A stretch of 64,000 nucleotides of DNA, taken from assembly GCA_003427395.1 (NCBI GenBank), contig BFEA01000029.1, positions 2,431,185-2,495,184 of the forward strand, read 5' to 3'. Below are positions 38,206 to 51,869 of the stretch, one piece after another. The number at the start of each line of letters is the position of its first letter. The first letter of the stretch is position 1. Under the pieces are notes generated by a model, which saw nothing but the letters and a program-made list of their open reading frames with translations, was not told where the DNA came from and did no database searches. The stretch comes from Chara braunii (Eukaryota > Plantae > Charophyceae). The position numbers were made by a program, and so were the translations under genes.

Positions 38206-41200
38206 CATTTTACATTCTTTCGTGATGACAAAGTTACTATGAATCAAATTATTGTATTTTTCACGTAATGCAAGATATACTTATGGTCCTTATGGTCCTG
38301 GCTCCTTTTCCATTCTGGGGGGCATCAGTCCGGTTCCTATTCCCCCGGCAAGTCAAGAATGAATACATCAATATACACGCTCACGCTTCCTTCCGTATGG
38401 CCAAAGGACCCGTGACCAGCATTGATTACTCCTTGAAGGAGGATTGACTGTCAGCTTGCCTGTCCCTTAGTTCCGTCTCAGATTCTATATTGAAAACTGC
38501 CAGGTACTGCAATTAAGGCAAGCAGAAGGGAGATAAGCTGCTGATTGGATCCTGGTCCGCCTCTTATGCCTCTGGAGTCCCCCATTGGTACATTCTGCAG
38601 CTCACTGAGTGTTTCCCCCGACAGCAGACAGCTGCTTGGTGAGTGGTTCCCAGGGGGTCTCGCGTATCCCTGTGATCTTGTTGTTCCTTATGGAAGGAGC
38701 CCCTCGTTCCTTAGGGGGTAGCTGAATTGTGCCAATCTTTCCATCTGATTTGTAGGCCGTGAATGTCCGCCATCTTTCCCTGGACCAGCCACACCCTCCT
38801 GAACTTAACTATCATTTCCCGTTGTTTGTCCGGGTCCTGCTGAATTTGAAGCTTGACCTTCTCCCATTGGCAGCGGATGTCAGTCTCCATGAGGATTTTC
38901 GCTGATGCCCGTACTTGTTCCGACGCCATGCTGGAGTTGTCAATGGTTCAACTGCACCTCTCCTTCCATATGACCCACAATGTCACCTTTCTGATTATCC
39001 TGAACCAGATGCGCTCCGACTTGTTGAATTGGGAGGGGAGGTTAGTCCATAGGAGTAGCTGGATGGGGTGTTCAGGTAAGGGAGAAGGAAATAGGTGGTC
39101 CCAGAGAGCTGCGGCTCTCGCCCATATGTCAGTAGCAAAGCTGCAAGTTATGAGTCAGTGTAGCATGTCCTCTTGTTCATTACTAGTGCATATGGCGCGT
39201 TGTTTTGAACTGTTAGGGTCATTGTTTCACCTGCGGACGTGTAACCATGTGTTCACTAGGATGACATTGTAGGTGATCAACCATTCAAGACTTCTGATTT
39301 GGGGAATTGTAGGTGATCAACCATTGAAGAATGGGCGAATTGATTTGTATTTCCTGCAGGGGAATTTGGGGATTGGTTCCATTCTCTGACCTAGCAATTT
39401 GGTCCATCTTTCCTTCATAACCGGCTCCGGGTCCTTCGTTTTTAGGAGCATCCTATATCCCATTTTGATTGTGTATTGCGTTATCGAGATGGGTGTGGGT
39501 CGAATTCTAGGTTCTGGATTGGTGTTTCGGCTTGGAATATTGTTTTTGGCCACGTACCCAAAACTCTTATTTTTCGAAGTGTGTATGAATTGAGGGTTGT
39601 TTTTTGTGGGTCAACGTTGTTGATGGTGAGAGTTTTGGGATTGGATCGGGAACAGATTGAAGAAGAGTACCAGAAACAGCCCCAAAAGATTCAGGCCAAA
39701 ATCGAAGCCTTCATCAATTGTAAACAAGGTGAACTGAAACAAGAAGCAAGCAAAAACATGAAACAGACTTTGGTTGCCAACAAGAGAGCAACAAAAGAGG
39801 TAAGAACGAAGGAAGGGGGTGAACTGGACCTCAAGAAGAGAAAAGGGACCACTTCGGACAACAAAGTGGGATCAGGGGAACCATTGGTCAGTGAGCAGCA
39901 CCCAACCCCCCCCTCCCCTTCAAAGGAACCCAGATGGACAGTGACCAGTCCATCGGAAACTCCAAAGCCCCGGACCCCTCTTCGGAATCAGGGGAGGACG
40001 ACCCAGCCAAGAGATTCCTTCAATGGTTGAGAGAATAAATTGAAACAGCCAAAGCAGAACGCGAACACCTGTTCGATGTCCGGACTGCGTGCCTAAAACA
40101 CATGGAGAGAATTCACGACAAAAAGAAGGGAACAGTAGCAGGAATCAAGGTCGCCTCCAACCAGTATGACCTGCTGGTAAAGGCTGAGGAATTCACGGAA
40201 TACGCAGCACTCAGATATGCTGAGAAAAAGAGGTCAAGAGAACAAGGTCTCATGGACACAGACATCACCCAAGTGGAATCAAAAAAAGCCCTGCAGGACT
40301 TGAGGCCGAAGAAATGGAGAACCAGCAGAAATCAGAAGAAGAAAGGTGTCAACAGGGAGGGAAAGGAAGTGGACCCCTCAGGCAAAACAGTCCGGACTGA
40401 GCTGGAACAAGAAATTGCGGTGGTGGAAGCCCAATCCGATAAGTTGAAAAAACTAAACAAAGCATACGAACCTAAGTTCGTTTCCCTCACTCACATTGCA
40501 AAGGGAAAGGCCCCCAAGTACTGGGACAGGCCCAGTCTGCAAAGCTGACTTTGATGGGACCGCTAGTCGCAGCAAGATACATGGAAAGAAAAAAGGAGTG
40601 GCAGGCAGCTACAGATGTGGCTTTCGCAATCCCGAGGATTGAAGAAGGCCAAAATGTGGTCACCATTCTGCAAGAAAAGGTCATTGCGGCATTGGGGATA
40701 TGTGAAATCGAGTCCCAGATGGCTCAGCAGGAGGAGTTGCTGGTCTTGGAACCACAAGAGGAACATTTTGACACAGAAGAGTAGCCAGGCCATAACGAGT
40801 CCCACGAGGATCAACCAGACCCCAGATCCCCGAGGTCATTCACCCCTATCATAGCCAAGATGCTTGAAGGTACAACAGTCAAGGGAGGGATGAGGTGGCG
40901 GCCATAGAGCACAGTGATGGCCACCCCTACAACATGCTGTCGGGGATGGGCATCCCAACGGAGCTACAGGCTGCCTCCTTAGCAGAGTTGATCGGCAATG
41001 GCACCTTCCATGGAGATGGTGACCTAGAGTTAAGAACATGGGCAGTGGATATGGATAGATTCCACGGAGACGTCTACTCCTCAGAAGATGAAATGGAGGA
41101 TGACCTAAAGGGATGGAACATGGAGAAACGTGAGTTACAATCAGATACACCCAGAGATGAGGAGACTAGTGACAGTATAGGGGGATCCAAGATAGACGAT

Positions 41201-44200
41201 CCGAAGGCCTCGACCCAACCCGACAAACCGGGAGACTCAGTTGAGTCTATGGAGATGGGGGGTTAAGGCGTCTCTTAGAGTAGTGAGCTCCAGTATGCTT
41301 GAGTTCACCTAACCTGACTGTCCATGGAGGAGATAGGAAAAACAAGTGAAGGTGAACTAGAAAACCCTGGGGATCTCTATTCGAAGCTGGAACATTAACG
41401 GGCTGGGGAACATCATGAGTAACGAAGACAAACTGAACGATAAGGGCTTAAAATCCCATTCAATGAATATGTGGATATCATACTACTACAAGAAACTCAC
41501 CTAACCAACTTTGAGGAACACCTTAAGATAAGGATTTTTTTCACAAGGAGATTAGGAGTCGTCAAAGATTAAATTTGGGCTACGGACTCCATCCTCATAC
41601 CCAAATCCTCACGCTTGTACTCAGCCGGCTCAGTGGTGAGTAGTGAAGCAGATCGTGTCACAAGTAAGGGGTGCTGGATTGATCTGAAGTGGAAGGAAGA
41701 AGAATTAACGCGCCCGGTTCTGGACCTGCGCCATCTTCCAATCCCTCCTCCCCCCCTCTCTTTTTCGAATTTTGGTGTTCCTACGAACAGGCCGACAGGG
41801 TCTCTTTTTGTATTTCCATGAATTAATGTTCATTGTTCGTAATCACGGAGGCCCCTCCTTCTCAGGACCTTCGTGATTTTTGGATCAATTTTTGGGAATT
41901 TCACCTTTTGCAATTCGAAAAATGGATGGGAATTACGCGCGCCTTAGCAAGCGCGCCAGGAATTTGGGTCGACAATTAGGAATTCCGGAATGAGCGGAAC
42001 CTGACGTGTCCTTCCTTGTGCATGAGCGTTCTTTACTTCGTCTTGGAAAACTTCGGGAAATTTCGTAGGAATTTGAATAGGTATAGGATTTTTTCCCGCA
42101 CTCGCTCGACACGCAGTTATGGTACTTGTCAATTTTGAATTAACTGTAACTGTACGGTGCCCTTTTTGCCTTTGCGTTGGCGCCATGCATGCGAACCCCC
42201 CCTCCCCGCTTCCCTCGCTACCTTCGACACTCTCTTTTTCGCGCTCAGGCTCCTTTCTTTGTAAACGTTTTCCATCTCTCCTTCGCCTTGCGTGCCTTTT
42301 CTCCTTCTTGATTGTTTGAATCTTGGTTCCGTTTCGCGCTATCCCTCGCGCTCTTCTTCTTCTCGCTCTAATCCTTACGCCGAAATACTCTGTCGACTCC
42401 CTCTTTCTTCCCTCTAGCCAAGGAGACGTGTCGTGTAAGAAGGAAATTCCCGATACACGACGATTATGATTGGCTACGACTGGGCGCTGAAGGATCAACA
42501 TGGCTTTCAACGGGCGATTATCCTCGAACTTCCCCCACCCGTCCCTACCTCAGGCCTAACCCTTCCTAGCGTCTATCTCCTTTTTCGCAACTATAAATTC
42601 CACAAGCGTTCTTGAAAATCTCTCTCTCAACTCCAGATTCCGGGAAGCAGTGGCTAGAGGGTGTGTGTGAAGGGCGAGTTGAAGAATCCCGACGGGCCGA
42701 CTTTAGTCTTGTCGGCTGTGCGCTGGATCGTCCACCGGATTGTGGGATTCGGGCCGGGCTGTGCAGAGACTAAGTTGGCGGGGTGACGATCGCTACGGTG
42801 GATTAGCACGTGATGGCCGGGATCATCAGTGTTTATGAGAGGTTGGAATCGAGAGTTGAGTGAATGCATGCCCCGGGGCCATGGTGGAACCTTATGGCAG
42901 AAGCGCCTCTTTTTTTGTCCATTCTGTGATTGCTTTCTACTCGTTCTTCCCCTCTGATCTACGTTTATTTTCCCTCACTCTCTCCTTTGGAATGTTTGTT
43001 ATAATGGATGGATTACAGTAACTTTGCTTCTCTCACTTTGATGTGTGCGTGCGGTGGGTCGTATAAGAGAGTTTGTCGTAACATGGTTGAGATGATGATT
43101 GGCTGATCGACTGGATGATTTGGCTATCTAGGGTGTCGAATGGATGATGTGTGATTGGGAATAATTTTTGCTTTGTTGCCATGCGGACTGACGGCCCCAA
43201 CCCGACCGGGCGCTAACTTCCAATACCCTCGCCGCGCCCATTCCCGTACAACGAGGAAAGGATACGTGTATGCGAGTGGGACGTATGAGAAGTTGTCGCT
43301 AAGATCGGCGGGCGCTACTACTTTCCTCCCGAAACTCGGTGTTCGGGATTTGTCAGTGCAGGTTTTGTTATTGTTGATACGCACTTTCTGCCCTATTTGT
43401 TGTTGTTGTCATTTAATGTGTTGATCGTCGTCCGGTGGACAGCAGTAGAGCCTTATTAGCCTAACACTCTGTGCAGCGATTGTCGCCGCTTCGAGCGTTA
43501 CCGGGCCAAGCACAAGGAGAGGGCTGCTCGATTGAAGCCCTCCACATCGGATTCGGAGTTGTGTACCGAGCGACGACGAGACCTCATCCGTAAACGGGAT
43601 ACCACGTGTGTACCCGCCCCTTTTCACACGAAACGAAGAGCGACGGCTCGCTGGGAAGTTATGCGACACTTTTTGGATTGAATTTCCCATAGGTGCGAGT
43701 CTCGCGCGCGCCTTTTTTTTCCTTAAACCCGCGAGGCGACGGACCTCCTTACTAAGGTCGGTCCAACACGGGGGATTTCAGTTTTGGCTGTGTCCCCACA
43801 CTCAATTTTTCCAAAAATCCTTGGCACACCCCATCTTCGCTGTCTTCTCGGGGCCCTTCTGCGAACCAAAACACTCCGATCGGGAAGCAGCGCAGGGTGT
43901 GAGGTTGAACGTCACATGTACTCAGCCGGCTCAGTGGTGAGTAGTGAAGCAGACTGTGTCACAAGCAAGTGGTGTTGGATTGATCTGAAGTGGAAGGAAG
44001 AAGAATTCAGAATAATCAACGTTTATGCTCTCAACAACGCCACTGAAAGAGCAGCCTTCATTCAAATAGTAGGACGATTAATCACACCGACCTCCCCTTG
44101 TGTTATAGCAGGGGACTGAACAACCATCATTCCTTGTGATGATAGAATTTCCAAAGCAGCATCTCAACAATCTTATCAGGAAGCAATTCCAATCATCCAG

Positions 44201-46851
44201 CTAATGATGGATCATAGTCTGATTGACCCCTTCCGCACATTAAACCCTGATACAAAGGCCTTCTCCTTGGTCAAGAAAAATCATTCCCACCACACAGTCT
44301 TCTCTAGGATTGACTATTTTCTAGCCTCCGAATCTATGATATGCGCGGTCAAGGAAGCCGACATTATGGCACTTGCCCCCTATCCAGGACTTACAAAAGG
44401 ATTCGACCACAAACCCATCGAGCTGATCCTATGTTTCGATCAATACATTACAAAAGGAGCCAGCTTCCACAAACTCAACAACTCCCTACTCCTAAGCCAG
44501 ACTTTCAGAGAGAGGATTCATGAATGTTGGCTTAACTCTAGGGGCATGCTCTTAGAGGGCCAAGACAAATGGAGGTGGTTTCTCTTGAGCTACCTCTCAT
44601 TATCACAATCAAATGCTTGAATATCCTGACAACTAGCAAACGACCGCAGACAAAGGAAACTATATCTACAAACAGCCGTAAAAATTGATGAAGCCAACCT
44701 CATGAGGGATCCCTATTCACCCCTATATACAACTACCTTAGAATAAGCGAGGGAAGATATGTCATTATGTAGAGTGTGGGAGCTGAGAGGTCTCCAGATA
44801 AGGGCAAAAATGACTGACTATGAGTTATATAAATCAATGAGCAAACATTTTCTTTTGCCATAATAAAAGCGAACAACAGATCCAACACGATAGAAGGTCT
44901 AAAAGAAAGCACAGACGACCAGAACAGACAGTGAAGGGATGCTACAAACAGCCAAAGGGTTTTACCAGGAGCTGTACCAGAAAGAAACCCTCTCCTTCCC
45001 CCCCCCTCAACGGTAAGAGAGGCAAGGTTAAAAATGCTTCAATATCTAGACAAAACAACTACAACAGAACAGGCTGCAGCGCTGGACAAACCAATTACCC
45101 TTGAAGAACTAAAAACAGCACTGAAAAGCATGAACAATGACAAGTGCCCAGGCATAGACAGGCTCACCAAAGAATTTTAGGACCTGTTCTGGCCAGTCAT
45201 GGGGAATGACCTCCTACAGTTCTACCAAGATAGCTGGGAAAAGGGAGGTATGGGCGAATTTTTGAGTAGCAGCATGGTGACCTACTTTATAAAAAAGGCG
45301 ACCGTGAAGACGTTCGAAACTGCAGGCCTATCTCTCTTCTTACTCTCCCCTACAAGATTCGAGCAAAAGCATTGGCCCTCAGAATTCTTGATCTTACAGA
45401 CGAGTGCTTCCATATAGACCAAGCTGGATTCATCCCAGGCAGGAACATTCTGGACAACGTCCTTATGCTGAATGAGGCCTCCCGAAAGTAAGAGAACTCG
45501 CTCCACCTATATTTTTATTCGTGATAAAAGCCATTGCCTCCTTTTTGCGCAAAGACCCATCAATTTAACGTTTACATGACCTTGACACGGTCACACCGCA
45601 CCATAATCAATTCCCAACAGTAATAATGTTCGCGGATGACCTCACTGTCCTCATCAGGGCCTCAGATTCGTCAATCAAAGCATTATAAGAGTGCTGGAAG
45701 CATTCAGGCTAGCCTCATAAATGAAGATCAACTGGAAAAAAAACATAGGATGGTGGCTCACAGAAGAGGAGAGACCCCAACGGGAGGGACCGGAAGCGGA
45801 CATGATATGGGAAGAACCTGAGGAACCAACTAGGTACCTAGGTATCATGGTTTCCAAGGAAGGCCTTACCCCGCAAATGGCGCAAAACCTGTTAACTAAG
45901 CAAATCAACAGAATGGGGCAATGGGGGGACCAATACACCTCTCTGCTAGGGAGAGCCCTAACGCTGAACACCTCCATCTTTTTTATGATGTGGTACATTG
46001 CCTCCATCTGGACGATACCTTACCACACGATCAAAGAAGTTCACAGCAGAGCACGAGCATATCTATGGTCAGGGGACCCTAACAAAACCAAATACATCCG
46101 CCAAAATAGCATGGCACTTCATAATGAGGGAACCTCCTAAAGGAGGGCTAGGTATAATTGACCTGAAACAGGAAACAAAAGCCCTGCTGGCCTCCCACAA
46201 GCTTGCACTTGATAGTGTATGAGCCATAGCCCCAGTCCAGTCACCTGTGAAATATATCTGGACTGTTCTGGGTCATGAATAAGGACTGGTCTTCCAAGAC
46301 AAGAAGGAGAAGGTGGAGGCCGACTTCACAACAAAGTGGAGTCACCTCCCGGATCTGGAGAAGCATCATGCCGAAAAAAGTAAGAAAACCAAAGTCTAAA
46401 GAAGAGGTCTTACGACAGCCCCTTCGCGGAAACCAATCCATAAGAGACGCTTGGGACTTACCCCTGTCCCTATCTAACGGACAGCGATGGCTTTCATGGG
46501 TCAAACATGGAATCTGGAGGGTAGCACACATATGGGACAAAGAGAGGAAAGAATGGATAGATGAAGATCAATTGAGGCAATGCCTGAAAGGATGCCACAA
46601 CAGAGACAAAATTCTGACTACTGTGATGAATCGCTTCCCAGATGGCTGGAAAGATCTTCTAAAGGAAGAATTCACATGGAAAGCGGGGGAATGAGGAGTC
46701 TTAACTCAGGAAGCTATACCGGAGAAAGCTTATCAATTCTATCGCAGATCCTGGGGTGCTGACCTATCGGCAGTTTTCACCTGCTTCCCTGCAAGATATA
46801 CTTCTATCTTGTTGATTAATTTAAATGAACCATATCTATCTGGGTACCGAA
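38206..46851. mobile_element. L1-clade LINE with 5' inversion: 3' part on minus (38206 to about 39645), 5' part on plus (about 39645-46851)
   Basis: Plus part: ORF1 tail, APE (SWNING, LLQETHL, IAGD, SRIDYFL, FDHKPI), RT (DKCPGID, MFADD), up to WKAGE. Minus part continues LRKIRV, zinc finger, VTLWVIWKERC, 3' UTR. TSD CAGYAGCG at 38198-38205 and 46852-46859. Confidence 0.75.
41707..43916. mobile_element. Unclassified 2.2-kb non-coding insertion (LTR-like?) in the LINE endonuclease region
   Basis: Flanked by a 91-bp direct duplication of LINE sequence (41616-41706 and 43917-44007, 5 mismatches); TATAAA at about 42592. Confidence 0.55.
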
Positions 46852-49800
46852 CAGCAGCGATCTTACATAGCCACGTGCGGAGTTGTGCCTGATTCCTGGT
46901 TGCTGGGTCAATCAAACCAAGCCCTCCTTTCTCCCGCGGAAAGGTAAGAGTATTCCATACCACGTCGATCATAAAGCCTTCCGATTGTTTTGCGGATGGT
47001 TTCCACAAAAACCTGGCAACCAGCTTGCGTACTCCTGTTAACGCACCGCAGACCTCTCACTTGACTGACTAACCATATGATTGACAGCAGCGCCATGTTC
47101 GCCACTAGAGCTCTTCCTATGATGGATAGGGGCCATGCTCGCTATGTTCAGATTCTCAGTTGGACTAACTCCAGCACCTCGATTGCTGTGACTATGTTGT
47201 TGAAAATAGACCTCCCCTGTACAAACGCACCTTGGTCTTCTTGGACTAAGTCCAGTAGATGTCTTGCAAGTCTCGCAGCGTCTTCACTAGAATCCTGTAG
47301 GACACACTCAGGAGGGAGATAGGTCTCCAGTTCTTGACGTCTGCCTTGTCCCCTTTTTTTTTAAATAGCACAGTGATTACCCCGTTTGTCATAAGGCTTC
47401 CCAATTTTCCTGCACTTAGTACTTCATTATACACCTCTACCAAGGCTGGACCCATTGAGTTCCAGTTCTTGGAATAGAATTTCACCATTAGCCCGTCGAT
47501 GCCTGGCGACTTGCCTCTTGCCATGGTCCGCAGCGTGTGTGTGGTCTCCTCTACGGTCAATGGTCTGTCAAGATCCAGTCTTGCTGTTGTTGATAGCTTC
47601 TCTTGAGTATCTGTCCACATGTCCAAGACTGCAGTCAAGTCTGTGTTTGCATCATCTTGGGGCTGGCGTGTGGTCAAGATATCCACGTAATACACCTTCG
47701 CATACTCCAACATTCCTGGGGGCGGGGCCGCAGGATCAAGTGGGTGCCTTAGTTCCACCATTCGCTGCTGTGTTCTTCTCGGTTGCAGCTTCCGGAACGA
47801 CTCTTTCGTCATTTTGGCCTGCATCACTATCTCTTTTGCCATTTTGTAAAGCACCTCCTTCCACCTCCGTTCTTCTCCATCTGTAAATTATCCCACTCTG
47901 CGCCTGTGTTTTCTCTCTGCTGCTCGAATCATCCCTGATATGGGGCGGGCTTCCATTTTCTCCTCTGCCTCCATTCTCCTCCTATACTCTGCTTCCTTCA
48001 TGTTCCAAGATTTGGCTAAGATCCTTGAGCACACATCCATGACTTCAGAGGCAATGTTGATGCTGCTGTCGATCCAATCTGCGGTCGAATCAAAATATTG
48101 GCATGCTGATTCCCAGCCGAGCATGTGCTGTTCCACCCATTCTGCAATCCCCGGATCCTCTGAGTACTGAGAGTTGAGCCTGAAGAAGCCCCTCCCACGC
48201 TCCAAACCAGAGTACAGTCTTATGTTAGCCACCACCGGCCTATGATTGGACAGGGGGTTTGACACCTGTCGAACTTCTGTCACCCCTTCGATGCCCTTGT
48301 CGCCAACCAGAAAGTAGTCAAGTCTCCGTTTTGTGACCACCTGTCAATCACTGGGTACATGGGACATCCATATGTATCCTGGTCTGTTCAGGGTAAGGAT
48401 CTTGAAGGGATCTGCTAGCGACAACTGTGCTGTGAGATTTAGCAGCGCTTGCACATGTTGCCTGTCTGCATATCTTGATCCTGGCTTCAGTGCCTCATCT
48501 AGTGAGAGGTTCCAATCCCCCGCTAGGAGGATCTTGTCTACCTTCGGTATGTGGCTGGTTAACTTCTTGAAGAAGCTTGCTCTATCATTCACCTGTGTCG
48601 GAGCGTAGTGTCATCAGTAGCCATTCATCTGCTCCCACCTCTATCCTCACCCACGCCCACTTCCCCCATATGTCGGCCTCTGAGTCAATAACTCTGATTT
48701 GTAGATCTTGGTGCACGAGGATACCGACTCCGCCAAGGGTGCCCTGCACTGACGACCATACTTGTGGGCCGTCCCACCATGCTCCTATCTCTGCCACCTT
48801 CCCTTCATTCAGCTTCGATTCCTGCAGCATAAGACAGTCTATCCCCCATTCATTCATCCATGACTTTATTCTCCTTCTCTTCGCTCTACCATTTCTGTCG
48901 CCCATTCCCTGTACATTCCACGTTGCTATTTTCAGTCTATCCATCTCGGCCTTCTCCTTCCGCTTGCTGTTGGATGCGGATGATGGAAGTGAGCTGCTCC
49001 CTGTATCCCTCTTGTGACTGTGACGTGGCTTTGGCCATACTCTGTGAGCTGCCCTTGAGCTGCACCTCGAGCCACTGGATCGTGACCCTTCTCCCCACTC
49101 CTTTGTTAAGTTGGACACCATAAATGCGGATTGTAATCCTTCCTCTTTCATGAGTTTCTCACTTAGGTTCAGGAGGATTACGCCAGTGATTCCGTGTGCA
49201 ATCTTAACACCCAGCTCGCCAAATTTCTCTCTCCCACCACCGGCACGTGGAACCACCGTACCCCCGCGTTTGTCAAGGAGTATGCGCAATCAGGGGGGAT
49301 TCGGACATCAAGCATCGGGAAGGAGAACTTGAAGTAGGCATCTGAGGTCTCCCAGAAGATATTGATCATCGAAGACTTCGGAATCAATCGTATTGGGATT
49401 TCTCCGCAGAGGATCTTTGTGCACTCCATGATGAAGGCAGGGGTTGGTGCTCTGTCAATCTCTTCTGAGGGCAGTACCGTCCGCCCCTCTTGTGTCTGCG
49501 AGTGCAATAAAATAAATTCCGTCATTTGCCATCATGCAAATCAGCGGAACCAACTGTCCGCTTGCCACCTCTACCTGACTCTTGTCCGCTGCCGCTGATC
49601 ATCTGTTGCCTTCTCTCTGTCCAGGGAGCAAGTCCATTCTTCTATCGTCATTAACACATCCTTTCTTCGATTGTCATGAGCACATCCTTTCTTCTATCGT
49701 CATGAGCACGTCCTTTCTTCTATCGTCACGAGTTCTTGGACACTGGTATTTGTGACATCTCCTTTCAAACTTCCTCTCCCTATATGTAGTCCCGATCGTC

Positions 49801-51234
49801 TCGGGTTCATTTCCGTGCGCTTGGCTGCATCTCCCCCTCGTGCACCCTTTGCTATGCTCCCAGCTTGTCTCCGATACGTTGATGGGTGAGCGTCATCTTT
49901 AGTTCGGAATTCTGGTGTCCTGCTTCTCTCTTTCCTCCGGTGTCTGGATCCTCCGTTCCTTATCTCTTCTTCCTGCCATATTCTCCATGCTCCTCTGAGT
50001 CTCATGTGTATGCCATTGGCTCCTTGTCTCCAATTCGAGAATGTGTCCTGGTGCCCCACCATATTCCTTTCAAAATATGTGACCGCGGTAGGGCTGATTG
50101 TGATAGTGTGCTCGAAAGTTTGAGTTCTTTGGTCGGCCCCTACCTCCCATGTGGAGCATTTACTCTTGGAATCGGTGCATCGCCCGCCCCGGTTCGCTCA
50201 TGTGCAGATCAAGTCGTGTGTGAAGATTTGTGCCCTCAGGCCAATTTGGAAGCGTTCTCTGTGACCTCCTGAACCTGGTGTTCCCGGCGTTCTCTGTGAC
50301 GTCCTGAATGTGCTGTTCCCTGTCTGTGACGTTCTCCCTCTTGCCTATTTCGCAGGCAGTTTTCTTCAGTATGGAAATACCATCGGCATCGATGGCACCA
50401 GTCCGTGTATGGTCACACGATCTCAACTTTCCACCGCTGGCCCGTTGGTGATTCTATGACCACTTTGTCATCGATCGTGAATCGGGCTTGCGGTGCCATG
50501 TCCAGCTTCATGTTCATGAGTTTGGGGCGGGTCCTGTAGTTTTCCAGTGGGTGCATCTCAATAACTTCTCCGAACATATTTCTCGCCGCGCTTTTCAAGT
50601 AAAAATATGCATCCAGCGGAACACGAACTTCAAGGGCGATGATCCAGAAGTTGGTTTCCGCCTCCTGCAGTCGTATCTCCTTCAACTCACTACGTGTCAT
50701 CCACGGCTTACAAATCGCCACATACTCTTTGTCGACCAGTTTGAGCATGATCCCTCCTTTGGTGATCAGCCACTGTGTGACCTCCTTAGCGTTGGCAACG
50801 TACGATATTACGTTTGCACCTTCCAAACTCACCCTCCCTTTGCGTACCTCTTGGCTAAAGATCCTCCTGGCCATCCAGCCATCTTCAAATGCTCTGACCA
50901 GGGCCTCCTTGACTCCCCTCAATAGTTGTTTTGCTTCCTCTTGAAATACTTAACCCTGCCCTTCCCCCATTTGACCATCGACAATCGAACTGCCGGCACA
51001 CCCTCCCCGTCGCCCTCAGCCCGTCGCAGTGCGTGGAGCCTGTCATTGTTGTCGCCACCATCCCCGTCCTTGCCTCCCTCCCCTTGCGCGCGACATCTCC
51101 TCTAGCCAGCGTGCCACCAGTAAGTAATTAGTTAGTTTTCTTCGTCTTCTAACTACCGTGGTAGTTGGTCATCGTGAGCTAGTTGGTGGGCGCGTGGCAG
51201 TTGGCGCGGTAGTGTGTGTGTGTGTGTATGTGTG

Positions 51235-51270
51235 CTGTCTCTTATACACATCTAGATGTGTATAAGAGAC

Positions 51271-51272
<2 letters not shown>
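51235..51272. other. Nextera mate-pair junction adapter (Tn5 mosaic ends); sequencing artefact
   Basis: Exact CTGTCTCTTATACACATCT + AGATGTGTATAAGAGACAG inside a (GT)n run. Confidence 0.98.
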
Positions 51273-51347
<75 letters not shown>

Positions 51348-51869
51348 ATTCTTCTTCGTCTTCTTCTTTTTCTTCCTCTTCTACCTCCCTCCTTGTCCCT
51401 CTTCTTCTCCATCTTCTTCTTCTACCTCTCCCCTCCTTTTCCATCTGCTTCTTCGACCTCTCCCCTCCTCTCCTCCTTTTTCATCTTCTTCTTCTACCTC
51501 TCCCCTCCTCCTCCTCCTACGGTAGCCATAGCCACATGTCCCCTGAAGCCCATGCTTGCTGCAACCACGCCACTAACACCCCCACCATACTCCCCCCCCC
51601 CCTGTCCTTCGCCCATCGTACTGCCACTCTGTCTGTCTGTCCCCCCCCCCCCATCCATGGAATGAAACGTCTCTGATCAAAGTTTTCTTTGCGGATTCAA
51701 GAGATCTCGCCGTGCACAGCCCAACCCCGTTTTCAAAAGAAATAAAAAAGTTAAAAAAACTAAATAAAGACCCCGTTTTGGGCCCAACCTAAATACCGGT
51801 TGGACCACTTGGGGTCCAACCGGCCTGGTTGGATCCGGCCAGGTTCAACCGGCCCGTTGCACAGCTCTG
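51273..51869. mobile_element. Possible right end of a non-autonomous DNA transposon
   Basis: Subterminal AACCGG/CCGGTT repeats; terminus GTTGCACAGCTCTG resembling 188-201. Confidence 0.35.

Larger units (their letters stand above)
25049..51210 (-). mobile_element. Near-full-length decayed L1-clade LINE split by nested insertions (segments about 51210-46852, 38205-37855, 36222-35304, 34196-33639, 25134-25049)
   Basis: ORF1 with CX2CX4HX4C (WCHRCRWYFHTEENC, about 50350-50400); APE motifs ATWNVQG, MLQESK, AGDWN, RLDYFLV, SNHRPV; RT start KSPGIDG and WRPISLL (core deleted about 47160); ORF2 reads through the joins (KIAA|EDLEHW; RPLSDI|AAKVL..IRADW); poly(T) 25049-25079. Confidence 0.75.

Noticed and set aside
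38508-38520. ATTGCAGTACC on minus, like the U2 snRNA stem-loop IV loop
   Set aside because: No other U2 similarity; lies in a LINE 3' UTR.
43635-43660. GCGACGGCTCGCTGGGA as a PBS
   Set aside because: No TGG start and no confirmed adjacent LTR end.
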